Shown: positions 8,741 through 16,155, counted from the stretch's first letter. The stretch: 22,454 bases of DNA from Candidatus Thorarchaeota archaeon (GCA_016839605.1 JAEOTX010000247.1:1-22454), one strand, 5' to 3'. Program-made: numbers and translations. The notes: generated by a model from the sequence alone, not told the origin.

Positions 8741-10204
8741 CTAGAATCCCCTCATGCCAACGGTCCTATCTAGTCTCCCTGTTAGAGCCATCCACGATAC
8801 GAAGAAGCTTACTGTGACCAGAGCATAGCCAGCATCAATGCCAGGCAATGCAATCAGCAAGAATGGAATCTTGATCACTAGGAACAGCAAAATGCCTACC
8901 GCAATACCCAAGGGTCTAAGTCTTCCAGGTGCACTCTGCTTCTTCATCCGTCGCCATACATTGCCAAACAGCAATACGGGAACCATGAACATCACAAGGA
9001 GCGGTATCGCTAGCCAGATAATACTGACAAAGACCTCCTCAATGGGTGATGGAAATGATTGTGCAATCAGAATTGCTGCTGGAAGGTAGAGTACAAGTGG
9101 TAGTAGGCCGGCACTTCGATAACCGGCTGCAAAGATCGAAGTAATTGCAAGTAGGGTCAAGGCTAATGCTATGGATAGCATCTCGACGTATATCGATGGC
9201 AGCTTGGGAAGGTTATCTGTATTTCCAAGAATGCCCACAATCTGTGCTGCGGCAAAGAGTACAAAAGATAGGAGCAGGAGGAACGTTGGCAATTGCTTAT
9301 TCTCTCTCCATCTTCCGAACAGGTATGCAGCAGTACCCGCAGCGAGCATGATTGCGAATGAACCAACGACGACTAGAATAGTGAGAATGATATCGCCCAT
9401 AAGTTCCTGGGCATAGAGCCCTGATATGACAAGTGCAGGTCCTGCGAAGCTCGCTCCATATCCTAGAAGCTCACCAGTCATTTCTTGTTCTGGTCTTAGG
9501 AAGGTGAATGCGAGCATGGCTGGGCCCATTAGTGCTAGAAATACAATGATGTAAGTGCCATAGGTCGGGAGTGCAAAGCCGGCAAATCCTTCACCATAGA
9601 GGTCCGGAAGGTTGAGTAGCTGCATAAGAAGTGCATAAGACATTGCAGCGGTCGTTCCTCTTCTAGTGTCATAGGCTATCCAGACAAAGACGATAGCAAC
9701 CACTAGAAGAACTGCAGAACGAACCAAGGATCCCCAGTTGAATAGATCATTTGCACGGATGCTCACTCTGTGTTGGAGCTGCAGATCGATAGATTGGGCA
9801 AGGAGAATGACGCCGACTATGGCAACGAGAAACACAATCAGGCCTAGGAATTTCTGCCTAGTAATCATTGACGCGGCGACTGCAAGAATGACAACTTCAA
9901 TTATTAGAACAACGAACAAGCTATAGTACGGAAAGACAAGACCCTCGAAGAATAATTGGACATCAAAGTAGTCAGCAAGAAAGTCAACCAGAAGCGACCT
10001 CCCGGTTGCTGCTTCTTGGAAAGTTATGAATGTCCCAACTGCATATACAATCATTGCCAATGCAAACAAATACAGTGGTCTGAAGGCACGTTTGGTCTCT
10101 GCATCAGCCTGTGATGATCTCTTCCAACTGTAGTTGATGATTGCTCCAGCGGCAACTAGTGTTGCGAGAGCGATGAAGAACTGAGCTACCTCGAAAGTTT
10201 CCAA
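8741..10204 (-). CDS. Polytopic membrane protein, about 15 TM helices (7TM + linker + 7TM), function unknown
   Basis: 487 aa, almost entirely hydrophobic helices with basic loops after the odd-numbered helices. TTG start with GGAGG RBS overlapping the upstream stop codon. Confidence 0.85.
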   Translation of the reverse strand: METFEVAQFFIALATLVAAGAIINYSWKRSSQADAETKRAFRPLYLFALAMIVYAVGTFITFQEAATGRSLLVDFLADYFDVQLFFEGLVFPYYSLFVVLIIEVVILAVAASMITRQKFLGLIVFLVAIVGVILLAQSIDLQLQHRVSIRANDLFNWGSLVRSAVLLVVAIVFVWIAYDTRRGTTAAMSYALLMQLLNLPDLYGEGFAGFALPTYGTYIIVFLALMGPAMLAFTFLRPEQEMTGELLGYGASFAGPALVISGLYAQELMGDIILTILVVVGSFAIMLAAGTAAYLFGRWRENKQLPTFLLLLSFVLFAAAQIVGILGNTDNLPKLPSIYVEMLSIALALTLLAITSIFAAGYRSAGLLPLVLYLPAAILIAQSFPSPIEEVFVSIIWLAIPLLVMFMVPVLLFGNVWRRMKKQSAPGRLRPLGIAVGILLFLVIKIPFLLIALPGIDAGYALVTVSFFVSWMALTGRLDRTVGMRGF

Positions 10205-10216
10205 ATCTCTTGCCTC

Positions 10217-10666
10217 CTAGAACACCTTCTTGCCCCAATCACTTGCGGCTTTCTTTGCCTCATCCAATTCGTCACTTGTCCAAGCTCTCAAACCGCTTCG
10301 AACTTTCTCTACATCTTCTTGTTGGCTCTCCTGGACCACCATCTCGTTTACAAGTTCCAAGAAGCCATCATCAATTCGAATATCGGCACTATCATTGACG
10401 AGTTTTACAACCTCTTGATTGTGAGCTTCCGCCTTTGGATCATCATAAGCATGAAGAGTGACGACATAATCAGTTCCAGCAGTACCTACTAGCAGTTTGA
10501 GATCTCCGAAACGCAGTTCTTGAATTTCAGTACCTGAAATCTTCTTGATGAACATCTGCACAGCAGAGAGAAATCCGCCAAAGAGTGAGGAGTCACCCTT
10601 TAGGTTCTCCCAGCCAATTGACGCGATGGTCTCTCCGGCGTCATTAATCAAGAAGATACCGTACAT
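10217..10666 (-). CDS. Longin-like domain protein with C-terminal helical tail
   Basis: MYGIFLINDAGETIAS...DSSLFGGFLSAVQMFIKKISG.EIQELRFGDLKLLV....YVVTL fits the beta-beta-alpha-beta-beta-beta-alpha longin pattern of Asgard longins, TRAPP sedlin-like subunits and AP sigma subunits. ATG 10666 follows GAGG (alternative TTG 10672). Confidence 0.75.
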   Translation of the reverse strand: MYGIFLINDAGETIASIGWENLKGDSSLFGGFLSAVQMFIKKISGTEIQELRFGDLKLLVGTAGTDYVVTLHAYDDPKAEAHNQEVVKLVNDSADIRIDDGFLELVNEMVVQESQQEDVEKVRSGLRAWTSDELDEAKKAASDWGKKVF

Positions 10667-10715
10667 TACCAAGCCTCGTCATCCGTTGAGCCGTCTGCAT
10701 TATCCCAATTCTTGC

Positions 10716-10778
10716 AATAGAAAGCCTGGAATGCCTTTCTATTAAACAAAGCCTAGATTGCCATTTAATAAGCGTTTC
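10716..10778 (-). promoter_or_regulatory. Candidate promoter plus operator region of the longin/15-TM gene pair
   Basis: Minus-strand GAAACGCTTATTAAAT (10763-10778), followed by 15-bp direct repeats (10721-10735 and 10748-10762, 13/15 identical) and a 9-bp inverted repeat (10716-10724 / 10735-10743). Confidence 0.5.
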
Positions 10779-10848
10779 TCGTAAGTTGTAATATTAGTTA
10801 ATATTCCATCCCGTTATGGGAAATAGAAAAAGCAGTGCATACAAACTA

Positions 10849-11109
10849 CTACAATGAATCAAACCAGCTTTTCGTCTTATCGACAGCATCTTCATGCTTT
10901 TCTGATGCTGTTGCAACTGCCTCAACATCGCGTACTTGGAAGTTCTTGTCAACAAAGACAACGAGCGAGTGTCCCTTTGGACAAGCTGCTGTGACTATGA
11001 CTGGATGACGCTTTGCCTCTGTGATAGTGGTGGCCTCAACCTCAACTTTCACTAGTGTGCCTTTTGAACAAGCAGGGCACGAAAATGGGTTGAGTGCAAC
11101 TGTCGCCAA
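10849..11109 (-). CDS. Small Zn-ribbon-like protein (CxxC...CxxxH), 86 aa
   Basis: CPAC and CPKGH ligand pairs followed by SLVVFVDKNFQVRDVE. Start reassigned to TTG 11109, preceded by a GGTGA RBS. Confidence 0.75.
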   Translation of the reverse strand: MATVALNPFSCPACSKGTLVKVEVEATTITEAKRHPVIVTAACPKGHSLVVFVDKNFQVRDVEAVATASEKHEDAVDKTKSWFDSL

Positions 11110-11199
11110 GTCTGAATCACCACATGTATCAAACGGCCGAACACGCCATCTTATCACTTTCAGGGCTGCTGGCATTTAACGATATTTCTGACGCATCAG

Positions 11200-11736
11200 T
11201 CATGCAACTTCCGCATAGGCTCTAGCAATAAGACGGGCTACAGCCTCGAATAGCTCTGATACACCCTCTCCAGTCTTTGCAGAAACCTCGAATACTATTG
11301 CATTGTATTTAGATGCATACTCCAATGCCTGTTCTCGAGTAACTCCCTCTCCTTCGACGCGTTCGTCAATCTTATTCCCCACGATTATAATGGGACAGTC
11401 CTCGATGTTATTTCGAAGCCTTTCAATCCAGTCATCTAGTCTGAATAGGGTGAACGGCCGAGTGACTTCATAAACCGCAATCCCCATCTTAGAGCCCCTA
11501 AAGTAGCCATCGACAACATCCTGGAAACGGGGTTGCCCCCCTAGGTCCCAAAGAAGCAGCGTCACCTCTGAGCCGGATATGACAACTTTCTTAGAAGCAA
11601 AATTCACTCCGATGGTCATTTTCATCTGATCGTCAAAGCGGTCCTCAGTATATCTCACTGCAATGCTGGTCTTGCCCACTCCGCCGTCGCCAATTAACAC
11701 TGTCTTATAGACTGCTGCAGGTCGACGTTGTGCCAT
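11200..11736 (-). CDS. Rab-like small GTPase (Ras superfamily)
   Basis: G1 GDGGVGKT, G2 MTIGVNF, G3 WDLGGQPRF, RabF-like YFRGS, G4 GNKID, G5 VSAKTG. 178 aa with no C-terminal Cys motif. Confidence 0.95.
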   Translation of the reverse strand: MAQRRPAAVYKTVLIGDGGVGKTSIAVRYTEDRFDDQMKMTIGVNFASKKVVISGSEVTLLLWDLGGQPRFQDVVDGYFRGSKMGIAVYEVTRPFTLFRLDDWIERLRNNIEDCPIIIVGNKIDERVEGEGVTREQALEYASKYNAIVFEVSAKTGEGVSELFEAVARLIARAYAEVA

Positions 11737-11774
11737 CCGTGGGTCCTTCTGAAGGGGGATGATAGGAAAGGCAA

Positions 11775-11789
11775 CATATGAAGCTTTTC
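11775..11789 (-). promoter_or_regulatory. Candidate BRE/TATA promoter of the GTPase gene
   Basis: Minus-strand GAAAAGCTTCATATG about 40-50 nt upstream of ATG 11736; same motif class as before other genes. Confidence 0.4.
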
Positions 11790-11860
11790 GGTTTCAATTG
11801 TATCGTGTACTTCGATGTCCGATTATGTCTGTCGTGTCAAATTAGCAAATTTGAAATCTC

Positions 11861-12895
11861 TCAACTAAGAACGGATGGAAAATTGTCAACACTCTCTGCA
11901 CTTCCGGGTATTGCATAGAGTCCAAATCCACTATAATCACTCCATGCGTTCCCGACTTCTCCATCATCCCACGAGTTTCCAGATCCATCATCCAGTGCGT
12001 TTCCCCCACCGTTCCAACCGAACTGATTGTTGAATATCCGGATAGCACTAGTCCAGTCTTCAAGGGCGATTCCCACACCAGTATTATTGAACACCCAGTT
12101 CGTTTCGAAATTGATCTCATTACTAGCGCCTGCCACCTGGATGCCAGCGTCATTGTAAGAGACATTGTTATGATGCACATATCCTCCAGAACTCCCCCAT
12201 ACTGCAAGACCATTCTCATTCGAGCAGAGGTTGTTATCAAACACCTCAAAGCCCTCGCTACAATCCACAAAGACGGCGTAAATTCCTCCTTGAATCATGT
12301 TGCTTTCCACCCAAGCGTCACATGAGAAGCTAACATTCACACCAATCCATCCAGCCACAATATCGCATCTCTTAACAGCACAATCATTCGTCTTAAAGAG
12401 ATTTACACCCCATTCCATTTCACGAAAGGTGCAAGAGTCTACAAGTCCATGGTTGGATTCCCATATATTGACACCCATCCCCCCAAAGGGTTCAGGTGCA
12501 GGGCATGAGAAAGAGCAATGTCGAATCTTGAAGTGGAGATCGGTGAACATAATGTTGATGCACGTTTCGGGCGATTCAATTACATAGCCTTGGATGATAT
12601 AGGGATTGCCTGAGCTGCCATCACCAAGCCATTTATTCTCCTCAGCTTGTTGATGAAAGTCCTGGTCACCCTCAATAAGTATAGGTTCATGAATCGTCAA
12701 ATTCTCTGGAGGGGACGGCACCGTAGTAGTAGGCGTAGTAGTCAAGGTGCCATTTCCAGGAGGGGGTGGAGGGATGAATGGTTGGGTAAACATGAAGTTT
12801 GCAATTAGCAGTGATGCAGAGATCGCCACTACTACTACTATCAGAACTGCTGAACTGCCCGACTGATTTGAGTATGCACCCACCACGACACACAT
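11861..12895 (-). CDS. Membrane-anchored right-handed parallel beta-helix (NosD/CASH-like) surface protein
   Basis: N-terminal TM (AVLIVVVVAISASLLIANFMF), Pro/Thr-rich linker PPPPPGNGTLTTTPTTT, GDGSSGNPYII, repeated N-N-x-x..G-I beta-helix turns, C-terminal NSWDDG..GNAWSDY..D.FP. Exact start uncertain. Confidence 0.85.
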   Translation of the reverse strand: MCVVVGAYSNQSGSSAVLIVVVVAISASLLIANFMFTQPFIPPPPPGNGTLTTTPTTTVPSPPENLTIHEPILIEGDQDFHQQAEENKWLGDGSSGNPYIIQGYVIESPETCINIMFTDLHFKIRHCSFSCPAPEPFGGMGVNIWESNHGLVDSCTFREMEWGVNLFKTNDCAVKRCDIVAGWIGVNVSFSCDAWVESNMIQGGIYAVFVDCSEGFEVFDNNLCSNENGLAVWGSSGGYVHHNNVSYNDAGIQVAGASNEINFETNWVFNNTGVGIALEDWTSAIRIFNNQFGWNGGGNALDDGSGNSWDDGEVGNAWSDYSGFGLYAIPGSAESVDNFPSVLS

Positions 12896-13039
12896 CCTGT
12901 AAGCTGTCTATCATATACAAGAAGTACGATATGAGGATTAAGGTGTACGGCCGAGCACTTCTCTATCGACCTTTAGCCGTAAGACAATATAGGCCGTTTG
13001 CAGTAAGGCCAGCATGTCGGATAGTAAGATGTGAAGTTC

Positions 13040-13909
13040 ATGTGTGAGTGGTGCTTCAAGCATGGTGCAGGGAAGAAATGGTACCTTAACTCCAGAAACT
13101 ACCTAAGAGAAACTGCCCTAGAGGTTAATGCGGAAGAATACATCTTCGAGGTTTGGAAGCAGTTTGAGAAAGTCTACCTCCAGAGAATCTATGGGATCTC
13201 AATGAAGGGTCCAGGTTACAAATTCGACATCCCTATAATTGGACGGGCTCTGAAGTGGTATGTCAACTCGTGGTTCAGAAAAGAAACTCCTCTCAAGGGT
13301 CGAAATCCGCGGCGAGCGGAGGGACACCCTGGACAGGTCATTCCCCTAGCAGATGCAAAGAAAATCCTTGAAATGGCTGAACCTGTCATTCGAGTTAATT
13401 GCGCCTGCAGACACATGACTAGAGGAATCAAAGATCCCTGTTGTTTGGCATTTGGTGTACTTGCAGAGAGTGTGCCCAAGCTCCCGCGCTATGTGCCAGA
13501 CCGTGGCGTTGAACCACTACACATGGACGAAGCACAGGACTTCGTAGAGGAGATGAACAATGATGGAAGAGTGCATACCGTTTGGTTTGGTCCAATGCCT
13601 TACATTGTAGCACTCTGCAGTTGTGAGATGCCCGAATGCGCAGCAATGAGAATAAGAACCTCTTATGACCTCCAGTTTCTGTATAAAGGAGAGTATGTAG
13701 CGAATGTCGACTTCACGAAGTGTGATGGCTGTCAGAGTTGTGTGTCTAGGTGCAGTTTCGGCGCCCTCACATTCGATGGTTCCATGAATCGACCGTTCAT
13801 CGATGGGTGGCAGTGTTTTGGGTGCGGCCTATGTGCAACCGCATGTCCACAGGGCACAATTCAGATGAAAGAGAGGACAAGCTTTCCAGCACTGAAGGAG
13901 GTCTGGTAG
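13040..13909 (+). CDS. 4Fe-4S binding protein (Cys-rich N-terminal region + C-terminal 2x[4Fe-4S] ferredoxin domain)
   Basis: MCEWCFKHGAGKKWYL, CACR...CC and CSC...C, then CDGCQSCVSRC and CFGCGLCATACP. ATG 13040 preferred over GTG 13031. Confidence 0.85.
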   Translation: MCEWCFKHGAGKKWYLNSRNYLRETALEVNAEEYIFEVWKQFEKVYLQRIYGISMKGPGYKFDIPIIGRALKWYVNSWFRKETPLKGRNPRRAEGHPGQVIPLADAKKILEMAEPVIRVNCACRHMTRGIKDPCCLAFGVLAESVPKLPRYVPDRGVEPLHMDEAQDFVEEMNNDGRVHTVWFGPMPYIVALCSCEMPECAAMRIRTSYDLQFLYKGEYVANVDFTKCDGCQSCVSRCSFGALTFDGSMNRPFIDGWQCFGCGLCATACPQGTIQMKERTSFPALKEVW

Positions 13910-13910
13910 G

Positions 13911-14132
13911 ATGAAGACCAAGTTCCTTGTAGATATGGAAGCATGCGGAGACCCAAGAGAATGCATGCAGTGCATGCGAATCTGTCCTCCTGCCCTCATC
14001 ATAATGTACCCTCCAGACTACGAGAGCAATGACCCTACTGAATGGAAAGTTGATGTAGCATTTACGGATCTATGCACACGATGCAATGCTTGTGTTGATG
14101 TGTGCCCGAAAGAAGCCATAAGAGTAATCTAA
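13911..14132 (+). CDS. Ferredoxin (2x[4Fe-4S])
   Basis: CGDPRECMQCMRICP and CTRCNACVDVCP. Starts 1 nt after the upstream stop. Confidence 0.85.
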   Translation: MKTKFLVDMEACGDPRECMQCMRICPPALIIMYPPDYESNDPTEWKVDVAFTDLCTRCNACVDVCPKEAIRVI

Positions 14133-14158
14133 TTAGGCTATGTGAGTGTGGCCAATTC

Positions 14159-15034
14159 ATGAGTGGTTCAGATAGCGTCTCGGGATTTTCGAATCCGTTT
14201 TCTGAAGATGGTAGATTCAAGGTCAGTAGAGTAGATGCCAGCGATGATCTCAAGGAATCAATCATGAGAGCAGTTGAATTGATTGGAGGCTTCAAAAAAG
14301 TCATTGAACCGGGTGACACAGTGACGATAAAGCCCAATCTTAACACTGCTGATCCTTTTCCGGCATCAAGTGATCCTGAGTTTCTTCGTGCCCTTGGAGA
14401 ATTATTGCTTGATGCAGGAGCAGACAAATTGCGAATTGTTGATAGCTCTATGTTTCGCTTGAAGACCTGTGATGTAGCAGATGAAATTGGACTTTGCAGC
14501 GTGGTTGGGGATCTTGGCATCGAGTTGGTCTACCTCGATGAGCATGAGTGGGTTAAGAAACAATTTCCAAATGGCAAGCATATGAAGAGTGGATCCATTG
14601 GAGTTCCAGCCTTGGAAGGTGACAAGCTTGTTGTAGCCCCTTGCCTGAAGACTCACAGGCTAGCACGATTCACTGCCACAATGAAATCCTTCGTTGGATG
14701 GGTCGGAGCCAAGGACCGCATTAAGATGCATGCACGACGATTGGAAACGAAAATCGTAGACCTCGCTTCTTTCTTCAAGCCTGATCTTATAGTGATGGAT
14801 GCGAGAAAGGTGTTTGTTACTGGTGGACCAGCTAATGGTCAATTAGAGTCCCCTAATCTTATACTAGCAAGTGGTGATATGGTCTCAATTGATGTCGAGG
14901 GCGTTCGAATCTTGAAGAGTTTTGAAGCTAAGAACCGCTTGAGTGGAGATATCTGGCAGATTCCGCAGATACGACATGCTGCTGAGATTGGAATAGGAGC
15001 AACAAGCGATGATGACATCGTAGTTATGAGCTAG
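14159..15034 (+). CDS. DUF362 domain protein
   Basis: AVELIGG, GDTVTIKPNL, SDPEFL, PCLKTH...FTATMKS..G, PDLIVMDA..GGP, ILASGD.V.ID. ATG 14159 preferred over the overlapping GTG 14102. Confidence 0.85.
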   Translation: MSGSDSVSGFSNPFSEDGRFKVSRVDASDDLKESIMRAVELIGGFKKVIEPGDTVTIKPNLNTADPFPASSDPEFLRALGELLLDAGADKLRIVDSSMFRLKTCDVADEIGLCSVVGDLGIELVYLDEHEWVKKQFPNGKHMKSGSIGVPALEGDKLVVAPCLKTHRLARFTATMKSFVGWVGAKDRIKMHARRLETKIVDLASFFKPDLIVMDARKVFVTGGPANGQLESPNLILASGDMVSIDVEGVRILKSFEAKNRLSGDIWQIPQIRHAAEIGIGATSDDDIVVMS

Positions 15035-15792
15035 CCTTGACTCGAAGGAAAGCCCCAATCATCACTAATGTCTTGCCCACTGAAATTATGGATTTTGAAG
15101 GAGCCTGTAGACCAAGTAAGTGGACTGAATCCAAGAAGTAGAGTCTGAGTGCGCCAACTAGCCACAACTATATGTCTGTTCAATTGCTGACTGGGTGCTA
15201 CTAGGAATACATTAGATAGCTCCATCAAGAGTGAAGTACTGATTTTATAGAAGAAGCTGTAGGTCTTTCGATGCTCCTCAGTTCCTTGCTCCTTAAGATC
15301 TTTCAAATATCGCATTATTGTATCATCGTGAACTTTGGAGTCCATGACATCCGACAGTTTATCCACGTCAACAACAACTGCTGTTTCGAAATAGTAAGCA
15401 AGAGGAAACTCAGTTATGTGAAAAACTATGAACTTATCCGCGGTGATTGAGCGATAGAGATGCTCGAAGATCGATTGTTTTGAGAACAGACTGCTTGAGT
15501 CCAATAATGCAGGTTCAAAGTTCGTAGACTCATCCGAGACCACTAGTCTGAACATATCGTCCAGCAGATCTCCATCATACCCTATACGTACAATATGATA
15601 TGGCCGCTTGGACCTTTCTTGATGCATCAGGCCTTCTTCTTGCAGGTACTCGTCAAAGTCACGCCGAAACACATCAAATTCATCATCACTATTGACAACA
15701 AAGAGCGATTGGCCTGCCTTGCCAAGATTTGAGATGGCGTCTTCATATGACTTGAACCGCGCGGCCTTATCGCTTCTATTCACCACTAGCAA
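15031..15792 (-). CDS. Hypothetical soluble protein
   Basis: 253-codon ORF filling the space between convergent and divergent neighbours. No motif recognised; start uncertain. Confidence 0.65.
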   Translation of the reverse strand: MLVVNRSDKAARFKSYEDAISNLGKAGQSLFVVNSDDEFDVFRRDFDEYLQEEGLMHQERSKRPYHIVRIGYDGDLLDDMFRLVVSDESTNFEPALLDSSSLFSKQSIFEHLYRSITADKFIVFHITEFPLAYYFETAVVVDVDKLSDVMDSKVHDDTIMRYLKDLKEQGTEEHRKTYSFFYKISTSLLMELSNVFLVAPSQQLNRHIVVASWRTQTLLLGFSPLTWSTGSFKIHNFSGQDISDDWGFPSSQG

Positions 15793-15903
15793 CCTATTAT
15801 CTGATATTTAGTTCTAATGACTTAATGGTTTCGTTCATGTATACCTTATTCGTGGCAAAGAACTTTTCAGGACCAATGTGAATTGCTTGTAGAGGTTGCG
15901 TTA

Positions 15904-16155
15904 ATGGGTGAGAAAAAACAGATTGGTGTGATCACTCGATACTTTCACAAGATTGGCGTAGCTGCAATTATGCTGGAGGACACGCTGAAGGTTGGCAATA
16001 AAATCAGCATCGAGGGATCTACTACCAATCTTGAGCAAGAGATTTCGTCGATGCAAGTCGACCGCGAGGACATTCAGGAAGGCATCAAAGGACAGGAGAT
16101 TGCTATCAAGGTCAAGGACAGAGTTCGAGAGAATGATGTGGTATACTTGATATAG
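15904..16155 (+). CDS. Small beta-barrel 'translation elongation factor-like' protein (EF-Tu domain II / U32 C-terminal-like)
   Basis: IGVITRYFHKIGVAAI.L...LKVG.KI.I.G.TT....I.SMQ...G.EIAIKV..RVRE.D.VY. ATG 15904 follows a GAGGT RBS. Confidence 0.8.
   Translation: MGEKKQIGVITRYFHKIGVAAIMLEDTLKVGNKISIEGSTTNLEQEISSMQVDREDIQEGIKGQEIAIKVKDRVRENDVVYLI

Noticed and set aside
8741-10204. 15-TM protein as a rhodopsin or true GPCR homologue
   Set aside because: No Lys in helix 7 or 15 and no DRY/NPxxY-type motifs. Only the topology is similar, so homology is not claimed.
6858-10804. Shared TAGTTAATAT at 6858-6867 and 10795-10804 in two intergenic regions
   Set aside because: A 10-nt AT-rich match in AT-rich spacers, at different positions relative to the genes; plausible by chance.
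12716-12775. Low-complexity GTA/GGA-rich stretch
   Set aside because: Explained by the Pro/Thr linker codons of the beta-helix protein; not an independent repeat or CRISPR array.
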